Part shown: positions 6,595-13,556 of the stretch, one piece after another | How the letters are laid out: each line of letters opens with the position of its first letter | How positions within the stretch are numbered: position 1 is the stretch's first letter | Made by a program: the position numbers and the translations under genes | NCBI GenBank assembly: GCA_963702425.1 | Contig: CAVPCQ010000008.1 | Coordinates: 1-13,556, forward strand | Length of the DNA stretch: 13,556 nt | From: an uncultured Acidobacteriota bacterium | GTDB taxonomy: Bacteria; Acidobacteriota; Polarisedimenticolia; J045 | Reading direction: 5' to 3' | The notes under the pieces: generated by a model | What the model was told of the DNA's origin: nothing | Seen by the model: only the letters and a program-made list of their open reading frames with translations | The model's database searches: none

Positions 6595-8598
6595 TCAGTT
6601 GCCCTTCGCCGCGCGCAGGAATGGCAGCGCGACGGCATCGCCGCGGCGGACGTGGTCGAGGAACCCGACCAGCCCGGTGTAGTTCTCGGGCGGAACGCTG
6701 ATCCGCGGAAGCACCAGCTCCCGCTCGACTCGGAACCCCTTCTCGGTACGGCTCACCGTCATGGCATAGGTGCCGTAAGCGGTCCCGAGTCGCGCCGCGG
6801 TCGGCGGCGCACCGGGGACGAACCCGGGAGGCGCCTGGACTTCGATCGTCGTCCGCTCGGTCTTCGGATAGTCGAAGACCACGGGGAATCGCCGCGCCCC
6901 GGGCTGGAGATCCGGCAGCGCGGGGATCCAGGGCCCGGCCACCGGGAACGAGTAGCGATCGGTTCCCTCGTCGAGGTTCGTCGCCAGGATCTCGCCGGCG
7001 CAACTCGCGCGGTGGGTCGCGACCTTCTCCGCCAGGCCCTCGGCGCGCGCATCGCTGATCTCCAGCTCGCCGCTGCCGCCGCAGATCCTGACCAGCTCTT
7101 TCTCCCGCTCGTCCGGCTTCATGCGACGCAGCGCGCGCCAGCGGGCGTAGCCGTACTGTCCGCTCCCCTCGATCGTCCACGCGACGTTCGCCGTGTCTCC
7201 TGCCGGAGAGAAGGCGACCGTGACGCGGGTGGTCCCGACGTTTCCCCCGGCCTCCGCGACCGGCATGGGCACGGGGAGCGGGCCATCTTTCGTGACCACG
7301 AGGACGTTCACTCCGGTCAACCACCAGGGAACTTCGCCGTACGGCAGTCCCGAACCGGGCGCAACGAAGACGAAGCGGTCCTGCGGCCCATCGGGAGCGC
7401 GGACTGCGACCAGCGTCCATCCGACCTGACGCAGACTGAACAGGGCCTTGTTGTAGTAGTTCTCCGTGCGGTCGGGGGCGAGGGTGATCCAGGCCTCCGC
7501 CCCCAGCTTGCGCGCCGCCCCGACGAAGAGCTGAGCGATCTGGAAGCTGTCCCCGCGCCGCTTGTCCAGCACGAACTGCGCGGTGTCCTTCTCCGACCGG
7601 TCCTTGGCCCGCGCGGCCAGTTCCTCCGCCTCCATCGTCCGCGTCGTGACGTTCTCGATGTTGGCGCCGATCCAGTCGTAGACCGCCTTCAGCTTCGGTG
7701 TCACCGCATCGCCGGCCGGTGGCGCGGCGCGTTCCAGCAGTTGGGTCACCGCCGCCCTCGAGAGGAAGAAGCCGTTTTCCAGTTCGACCGCCTTGGCGAC
7801 CACGTCCCAGTACTCGGTGGCATCGACCTGGCCCGAGTAGTAGTAGAACACCAGCGACGCCTTGGACTCGGCGGCGGGCGGCATCATCGACTCGTCGCGC
7901 ACGGGGCGGACGTCCTTGGCCTCGACCATGACCTTGTGGTTCTTGATCGTCGGAGTGACGTCGAGCCCTCCCAGGCGGCGACCGAGATAGCCGGCCGAGA
8001 ACCGCTCGTACGGCGTCCAGCGGTAGCGGAGCAACTGCAGCGGCCACTCGCGCTGCAGCCAGATCGTGTCGGGCTCGAGATAGTCGTCGGTGCGAAGGAC
8101 GAAGCCGTAGTCGATCACGGCCCCCGGCACGACGCCGGGCAGCGAGGCCTTGAGCACCGTGACCTCGTCCCCGCGCGTCTTGAGGACCGTCTGACTGGTG
8201 AGCGCATCCTTCGGGATCTCGAGCACCTGGCCGTCGGGGAGGATCGTGCGTCCCCACCACTCGGTGAGCCGATCGATTTCGACGTCGTAGGGGATCGTGA
8301 TGTCGGCGAGGTGGCGCCCCTCGTTGCTGAGGATCTTCGCGCGCTGGTGGAAGGCGATGTCCGTCCAGCGCGACATGTTGTCGTTGCGATCGATCTCCTC
8401 GACCAGGATCACGCCGTGCTCGGCCCCACGCGCCGGATCGGGCTGGATCGCTTTCTCCTCGTCGGACATCACGGTCGGGCCGGGGACGATCTTGAAGGTG
8501 TCCCGGGCGGCGAGAGCGGCGAGCGGCTCGAGCGCGGGGAGCAGTGCGAAGACGACAAGGAACAACGGCAGTCGCGAACGGCGCGTCGCGGTGGACAT
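6595..8598 (-). CDS. DUF3857- and transglutaminase-like-domain protein, predicted inactive (667 aa)
   Basis: ATG at 8598 followed by a signal peptide (RRSRLPLFLVVFALL...AALA). DUF3857-like LPGVVPGAVIDY. TGc-like KLKAVYDWIGANI...VLDKRRGDSFQIAQLF with Ser at the Cys position. C-terminal PKTERTTIEVQAPPGF...VPPENY resembles the usual C-terminal domain of this family. Confidence 0.88.
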   Translation of the reverse strand: MSTATRRSRLPLFLVVFALLPALEPLAALAARDTFKIVPGPTVMSDEEKAIQPDPARGAEHGVILVEEIDRNDNMSRWTDIAFHQRAKILSNEGRHLADITIPYDVEIDRLTEWWGRTILPDGQVLEIPKDALTSQTVLKTRGDEVTVLKASLPGVVPGAVIDYGFVLRTDDYLEPDTIWLQREWPLQLLRYRWTPYERFSAGYLGRRLGGLDVTPTIKNHKVMVEAKDVRPVRDESMMPPAAESKASLVFYYYSGQVDATEYWDVVAKAVELENGFFLSRAAVTQLLERAAPPAGDAVTPKLKAVYDWIGANIENVTTRTMEAEELAARAKDRSEKDTAQFVLDKRRGDSFQIAQLFVGAARKLGAEAWITLAPDRTENYYNKALFSLRQVGWTLVAVRAPDGPQDRFVFVAPGSGLPYGEVPWWLTGVNVLVVTKDGPLPVPMPVAEAGGNVGTTRVTVAFSPAGDTANVAWTIEGSGQYGYARWRALRRMKPDEREKELVRICGGSGELEISDARAEGLAEKVATHRASCAGEILATNLDEGTDRYSFPVAGPWIPALPDLQPGARRFPVVFDYPKTERTTIEVQAPPGFVPGAPPTAARLGTAYGTYAMTVSRTEKGFRVERELVLPRISVPPENYTGLVGFLDHVRRGDAVALPFLRAAKGN

Positions 8599-8650
8599 GG
8601 CACATACCCCCGGGGGGAAGGTCTGCCAGAAAGCGTCCGCGGGAGGATTC

Positions 8651-8668
8651 GGCGCGCGATCGCGCGCC
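8651..8668. repeat. Perfect 18-bp palindrome GGCGCGCGATCGCGCGCC in the divergent intergenic region
   Basis: Read directly from the sequence; it is its own reverse complement. Confidence 0.8.
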
Positions 8669-8685
8669 TTCCCCCCACCGTGCGC

Positions 8686-8715
8686 AGCGTACCGGCCGCG
8701 GCTCGTGCAAGTCAA
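8686..8715 (-). promoter_or_regulatory. Putative sigma70-type promoter for the DUF3857 gene pair
   Basis: Minus strand reads TTGACT-N18-TACGCT, about 90 nt upstream of the ATG at 8598. Confidence 0.55.
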
Positions 8716-8812
8716 TCGGCGAGTCCGCTTGGCTGACGCGGTTGGCAAAGCGAGTAATTCCTCGGTTGCTCACGTGTGCTCTGTGGTATCTCAAGCCATC
8801 CAGGAGGCAGCC

Positions 8813-10051
8813 ATGAAGATCCTCGTGTTCGGCGGTTCCGGGAAGATCGGCACGGCGGTGGCGTGGGACCTCGCAAAGGACCCCAAGGTCCAGCAGATCG
8901 GCCTGGTCGGCCGCAGCGTCGACGCACTCGAGAAGGCCCGCCGCCAGGTCGGCGCCGGGAACGTCGTGCTGCACGCGCTCGACGTCTCGGACGTGCAGTC
9001 CGTCCGCGACGCGATGAGAGGCTACGACGCGGGCGCGCTGGCGCTCCCGGATCGGAAGACGAGCTACCGGATCGTCCAGGCCGCGATCGAGGCCGGGCTG
9101 CCGATCGTCGACATGCTGGAGGAGTACCACCGCACGCCGGACGAGTACGAGACGGAGGGGCTCGAGGTCCCGCCGGGGATGGCGCTGGCCCGCTACGGCG
9201 AGTGGCTCCACGAGCAGGCGGTCGCCCGCGGCGTCCCGTTCATCGATGGCATGGGCTTCGCGCCGGGCCTGAGCAACATCACGGTCGGAGAGGGGATCCG
9301 CAAGCTCGACAAGGCCACCGCCGCGGTCGCGCGCGTCGGTGGAATCCCGGAGAAGTCGATCGCGGCGAAGCGCCCCCTGCGCTACATGATCACCTGGGCC
9401 TTCGACCACGTGCTGCGCGAGTACATGGTCCGGCTGCTGGTGCGCAAGGATGGCGCAGTCGTCGAGGTGGACGCCGGGACGGACCGCGAGAAGTTCCTCT
9501 TCACGCAGTTCGGGAAGAACGAGCCGCTGGAGTGCGCCGTCACGCCCGGCATGCCGAGCTTCATCACCTCCCGGCCGGAGCTCCGGGACTTCTCCGAGAA
9601 GACCGTGCGCTGGCCCGGTCACTGGGACGGGGTGCAGACGCTCAAGGAGTGCGGCCTGCTCGACCTCGATCCGGTCGAGGTCAACGGCACCCGCGTCGTC
9701 CCGCGCGAGGTCCTGCTGGCGCTGATCGTCCCGCGGCTGCGCGCCAGGGAGGGAGACCGGGACGTCTGCGTCATGTACAACACCGTGCACGGCGTGAAGA
9801 ACGGCAAGCCCACGAAGATCGAGTACTGGATGTGGGACGAGCCGCGCGACGGCTTCTCCTCGATGGCGCGCGTCACCGGCTTCCCCGTGGCGCTCGCGGC
9901 GCGGCTGCTGGCGAACGGCACGATCCGCCAGGGCGGCATCCTCCCGCCGGAAGACTGCATCGCCGGCGCGACGTATGCGTGGTTCACGGCGGAGCTGGAG
10001 AAGAGGGGGATCCGGATCGCCGAGACGGTCACCGAAGGGGCCGGGGTCTGA
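8813..10051 (+). CDS. Saccharopine dehydrogenase / lysine 6-dehydrogenase family NAD(P)-dependent oxidoreductase (412 aa)
   Basis: SD AGGAGG at 8802-8807, then ATG at 8813. Rossmann motif MKILVFGGSGKIG. Family motifs GMGFAPGLSN, VGGIP, YMITW, EKTVRWPGH and SSMARVTGFP. Confidence 0.9.
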   Translation: MKILVFGGSGKIGTAVAWDLAKDPKVQQIGLVGRSVDALEKARRQVGAGNVVLHALDVSDVQSVRDAMRGYDAGALALPDRKTSYRIVQAAIEAGLPIVDMLEEYHRTPDEYETEGLEVPPGMALARYGEWLHEQAVARGVPFIDGMGFAPGLSNITVGEGIRKLDKATAAVARVGGIPEKSIAAKRPLRYMITWAFDHVLREYMVRLLVRKDGAVVEVDAGTDREKFLFTQFGKNEPLECAVTPGMPSFITSRPELRDFSEKTVRWPGHWDGVQTLKECGLLDLDPVEVNGTRVVPREVLLALIVPRLRAREGDRDVCVMYNTVHGVKNGKPTKIEYWMWDEPRDGFSSMARVTGFPVALAARLLANGTIRQGGILPPEDCIAGATYAWFTAELEKRGIRIAETVTEGAGV

Positions 10052-10209
10052 CCGGGGCGGAAACGCTGACCGCCAGCCTGGACACCCGGGGCGCGTTCCG
10101 TGGGGCCTGGCCTCCATGATCCGCCCCTGCCGCCGGCGAGAGCCCGGCGCTCGCGCCGGAGTATCAACGATCGAATTAGGCAGTTGAGTCGCCGGTAATG
10201 CAGTAATAA

Positions 10210-10258
10210 GGGCGAACACGGGCTGCGGCCGCTTCCGGCCGCCCGGAGGAGTTCGTCC
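10210..10258 (+). promoter_or_regulatory. 5' leader stem-loop enclosing the SD of the C25 protease gene
   Basis: GGGCGAAC (10210-10217) pairs with GTTCGTCC (10251-10258). Inner stem GCGGCCG-CTTC-CGGCCGC (10225-10242). SD GGAGGAG at 10245-10251. Confidence 0.5.
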
Positions 10259-13200
10259 ATGCGCGCGTGGTCCCTCGCGGCCTTCCGCCTCACGCTCTCG
10301 ATCTGCCTCTTCTTCTCCGCCGGAGCCGCGCTCGCCGCGGAGTGGCTCCCGCTCCTCCCGGACGCGACCGGGACCGCGGTCGAGATCCGGCTGGAGTCCG
10401 CGACCCACGAGGCCACGACGGCGATCGTCGAGGTGCCCGGTCTCCGGGCTGCGATCCGCGACAGTGCCGACGGCGGGTTCGCGGTCCTCTCGTTCGACGG
10501 CGGGGACGTCTCCGGCGACCTCGGCCGTCCCGAACTCCCCGTGCTCCGCCGGCTGATCGAGGTCCCGCCGGGGGCCGAGGTCCGCGTCCGGCTCGACCTC
10601 CTCGGCGCGCACGAAGTAAGCTCGCTGGCGGCGTGGGGCCTCCCGGGCCGGATCTGGCCGGTCCAGCCTCCGCGGGTCAAGCTCGAGAGCACGGGTCCCG
10701 CGCCGGCGTTCGCGTTCGACCGTAATCGCTACGCGACCAACGCCTTTTTCCCCGCGGACCCGGTCCAGGTGGTCGACCGCGTGCGCATCCGCGACCGCGA
10801 GCTGGTGCTCGTCGAGATCCGGCCGCTGGCCTACAACCCGGCGCAGGGGCTGCTCTCCCTGTGGACCCGGGGCCGGCTGGTGGTCGAAGCGCGCGGCGGC
10901 GATCCCTGCGCGAGCGGGCGCGCCGACACCCGCGCCGGCCGCGCGATGGCCGCCGGCGTCGCGCTGAATCCCCCGCTCGTCGCGCCGCCCGCCTGCGAGA
11001 GCCGCGCGCCACTCGGGACCGACGCCGCGTCGGGAGCCGAAGGGCTGCTGGTCATCGTCAACGACGCGTTCTACGACGCGATCGTCCCCTTCCTCGACTG
11101 GAAGGAGCAGACCGGCTGGAAGGTGGTCGCGCGGAAGACCTCGGAGATCGCCGACGGCACGCCGACCGACGCCGAGGTGAAGCAGGTCGTCCAGCAGGCG
11201 TACGACACCTGGACCGCCCCGCGGCTCGGCCACCTCTTGCTCGTCGGCGACACCGACTTCACCCCGATCCACCAGGGGAACGGCGGCGGCAACAGCCAGG
11301 TCACCGACAACTGGTACGCCTGCGTCTCCGGGTCCGACTACCTCGCCGACATCGCGGTCGCGCGCGTCTCGGTCCGCACCGCGCAGCAGGCGACCGACGT
11401 CGCGGACAAGCTCCTGGCGTACGAGCGTGCCACGTTCGCGAGCACGGGCTGGATCAAGAAGACCGGTTTCGTCGGGACCGCGGACAGCGGCTACATCGGC
11501 ATGATCGAGGCGACGCACGACTGGTGCATCGACAGCTTCTACCGGCCGAACGGCTATGCGGCGACCGCCTGGTCGCACGGCTATCCCGCGTGCGACCGTC
11601 ACTACAACAGCTACGACGCCGACACCTCCGACATCGCGGCATCGATCAACGAGGGGCGCGCCTTCGTCAACTACTCGGGACACGGCGGCAACAACTCGTG
11701 GCAGGGGCCGACGGGCCACGGGGGCTACGATACCGACGACGTGCGCGCCAACACCAACGACGGGATGTACCCCTTCGTGATCGCCAACGCCTGCGTGACC
11801 GGCTCGCTGCAGGACACCGAGTGCTTCGCCGAGACCTGGCAGCGCTCGGCCCACAAGGGCGCGATCGCCTACCTCGGCGCCAGCAACAACTCGTACTGGG
11901 ACGAGGACGACTACTTCCAGCGCCGCCTGAACACCCACCTGTTCCCGATGGACTCGACCCCGCCGATCGCGGTCGTCAACAACCGCGCGAAGGCCGACCT
12001 CTACAGCCACTACGGCAACACGGGGACGGTCGCCTACTACGTGGACATGTACAACCTGCTCAGCGAGCCATCGCTGGCGATGTGGACCCGCGCCCCGCGC
12101 GCACTGGATGTCACGTACGACTCCCAGATCCCCGCAGGGAGCGCTTCGATGGCCGTGACGGTGCGGCGCGCGGGCTCGGCGGTGCCGGGCGATCTCGTCG
12201 CGGCGCGGAAGAAGGACGAGGGCCTGCTCGCCGCGGCCTACACGGACGCCTCGGGCGTTGCGGTCCTGCACTTCGACCCGGCCCCGATGAACCCCGGCCC
12301 GATGGAGATCACGGTGACGGGCCACGACGATCGGCCCTTCGAAGGGACGACCGACGTGATCCCGATGAACGGGCCGTGGCTGCGCCTCAGGGCGCACGCG
12401 GTCACCGACCTCGCGTCCGGCTGCGATGCCGACGGCGTCCCCGACATCGGCGAGACCGTGGAGTTCGGCATCACGATCGAGAACATCGGTTCCGAGGCCG
12501 CTCCGGAGGCCTGGGTCGCGCTCTCCGCCGCCACCGATGTCGCGGTTCTCGACTCGCCGCGCGCGGCGGGATGGCTGGCGGCCGGCAGTCAGGCCCAGGT
12601 CACGTTCCGTGTCCGGATCGGCGCCGGCGTCTCCTGCCAGGCGACGCCGCTCTTCACCGTCGCGATGGGCTGCCCGGATTGCACGACGCGACAGGACGGC
12701 TTCACCGAGCTGCTGGAGTCCGACCACCGCCTCGACGCTCACGACGAGTCGATCGAGCACGCCGGAGCGGAGGCTCCCGGGTGGAGCCACCAGGCGCTGT
12801 TCGGAACGGACGAGTGGCGCGTCGTCGCGAGCCAGAATCACACGCCCGACGGCGCATACAGCTACTTCGCCGGCGATCGCGCCATCCAGCGGGACGTCGT
12901 CCTGCTCTCCGACCCGCTGGCGCCGCAGGGGATTGCGACGCTCTCCTTCTGGCAGCGCTACGAGCTGACCCCCGGCAAGAGCGGCGCGATGGTCGAGATC
13001 AGCGACAACGGCGGCGCGAGCTGGACCGACCTCCACGGCTTCATCGCCGAGCACCCGTACTCGCACGATTGCGGGAACGGCACCGAGCGGAGGAAGTGCT
13101 GGTCGGGAAGCAGCAGCGGCTGGGTTCGCACGACCGTCGACCTGACTTCCTTCGCCGGGAAGACGGTCCGCGTGCGGTTCCGCCTCGGCTCCATCAACGG

Positions 13201-13543
13201 CACCGGCACGGGCTGGTGGGTCGACGACGTGTCGCTGACCAGTGACTTCGTCGGCTGCGATGTCCACCCCTGCGGGGTGCCGGAGGAGATCGCGATCACG
13301 GCCGTCGACCGGTCGGCCGGGAGCACGATGCTGCGCTTCCGGGACGACGTCGTGGCGCAGCGCTACCGCGTCTGGCGCGCGACCGACTGCCGAGCGGCGG
13401 AGAACTTCGTCGACGTCACCGCGCTCGACGACGACGACACCGACACGATGTTCCGGGACCCGTTCGCGGGCCCGTATGCGTGCTGGATCGTGGAGGGTGT
13501 CGGGCCGGACGGCGCGGGGCCGTGGGGGCACTTCGGGCGCTGA
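10259..13543 (+). CDS. Secreted C25 family (gingipain-like) cysteine peptidase, multidomain (1094 aa)
   Basis: SD GGAGGAG and a signal peptide. C25 propeptide (GRPELPVLRRLIEVP...VEIRPLAYNP). Catalytic domain with LLLVGD, TDNWYA, NYSGHG (H475), IANAC (C512), CFAETW and GAIAYLGAS. Followed by Ig-like domains, a DADGVPDIGE motif, and a beta-sandwich domain (VEISDNGGASW...VRVRFR...GWWVDDV). Confidence 0.92.
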   Translation: MRAWSLAAFRLTLSICLFFSAGAALAAEWLPLLPDATGTAVEIRLESATHEATTAIVEVPGLRAAIRDSADGGFAVLSFDGGDVSGDLGRPELPVLRRLIEVPPGAEVRVRLDLLGAHEVSSLAAWGLPGRIWPVQPPRVKLESTGPAPAFAFDRNRYATNAFFPADPVQVVDRVRIRDRELVLVEIRPLAYNPAQGLLSLWTRGRLVVEARGGDPCASGRADTRAGRAMAAGVALNPPLVAPPACESRAPLGTDAASGAEGLLVIVNDAFYDAIVPFLDWKEQTGWKVVARKTSEIADGTPTDAEVKQVVQQAYDTWTAPRLGHLLLVGDTDFTPIHQGNGGGNSQVTDNWYACVSGSDYLADIAVARVSVRTAQQATDVADKLLAYERATFASTGWIKKTGFVGTADSGYIGMIEATHDWCIDSFYRPNGYAATAWSHGYPACDRHYNSYDADTSDIAASINEGRAFVNYSGHGGNNSWQGPTGHGGYDTDDVRANTNDGMYPFVIANACVTGSLQDTECFAETWQRSAHKGAIAYLGASNNSYWDEDDYFQRRLNTHLFPMDSTPPIAVVNNRAKADLYSHYGNTGTVAYYVDMYNLLSEPSLAMWTRAPRALDVTYDSQIPAGSASMAVTVRRAGSAVPGDLVAARKKDEGLLAAAYTDASGVAVLHFDPAPMNPGPMEITVTGHDDRPFEGTTDVIPMNGPWLRLRAHAVTDLASGCDADGVPDIGETVEFGITIENIGSEAAPEAWVALSAATDVAVLDSPRAAGWLAAGSQAQVTFRVRIGAGVSCQATPLFTVAMGCPDCTTRQDGFTELLESDHRLDAHDESIEHAGAEAPGWSHQALFGTDEWRVVASQNHTPDGAYSYFAGDRAIQRDVVLLSDPLAPQGIATLSFWQRYELTPGKSGAMVEISDNGGASWTDLHGFIAEHPYSHDCGNGTERRKCWSGSSSGWVRTTVDLTSFAGKTVRVRFRLGSINGTGTGWWVDDVSLTSDFVGCDVHPCGVPEEIAITAVDRSAGSTMLRFRDDVVAQRYRVWRATDCRAAENFVDVTALDDDDTDTMFRDPFAGPYACWIVEGVGPDGAGPWGHFGR

Positions 13544-13556
13544 GGGGGGCGCTCGC

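Noticed and set aside
6592-6597. Frameshifted single gene or programmed fusion of the two DUF3857 genes
   Set aside because: Each gene has its own signal peptide and complete domain set, there is an SD-like sequence before the GTG, and no slippery site is evident.
8716-8800. Possible riboswitch (lysine or c-di-GMP) or sigma54 promoter upstream of the dehydrogenase
   Set aside because: GGCAAA and TTGGC are present, but the remaining conserved elements and spacing do not fit. An Rfam cmscan would settle it.
8297-8812. N-terminal extension of the dehydrogenase ORF (584-aa track version)
   Set aside because: It overlaps the divergent gene. A strong SD and the Rossmann motif place the start at 8813.
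77-13326. Numerous overlapping track ORFs (e.g. 77..958 +, 2323..4515 -, 2592..4565 +, 4565..6682 +, 6652..8736 +, 10861..13245 +)
   Set aside because: They overlap motif-supported genes, have low-complexity Arg/Pro/Gly-rich translations, and show no recognisable motifs.
4625-13531. 2968-aa minus-strand ORF as a giant protein
   Set aside because: Only the last 655 codons look like protein. The rest is the antisense shadow of the C25 and dehydrogenase genes and an alternative frame of the upstream DUF3857 gene, with Arg/Gly/Pro/Ala-rich composition. Stop-free shadow frames are common at this GC content, although this length is striking.

Overview
High-GC (roughly 70% by eye) bacterial window, diderm-type. 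An Acidobacteriota-like origin is a guess only. It holds nine well-supported CDSs, eight of them predicted to be exported or envelope proteins. From left to right: (1) a minus-strand operon of three small lipoproteins, one BamE/SmpA-like and two paralogs of unknown function; (2) a divergent membrane M48 zinc metallopeptidase; (3) a secreted OmpA-C-terminal-domain protein; (4) a tandem pair of DUF3857/transglutaminase-like proteins, one with an intact Cys-His-Asp triad and one with all three residues substituted; (5) a divergent saccharopine/lysine dehydrogenase-family enzyme; (6) a large gingipain-like C25 cysteine protease with an unusual C-terminal module. I saw no RNA genes, CRISPR arrays or mobile elements. 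The best candidates for an undescribed system are the enzyme/pseudo-enzyme transglutaminase-like pair and the three-lipoprotein operon, which may form an outer-membrane complex. All family assignments come from motif recognition, not database searches.
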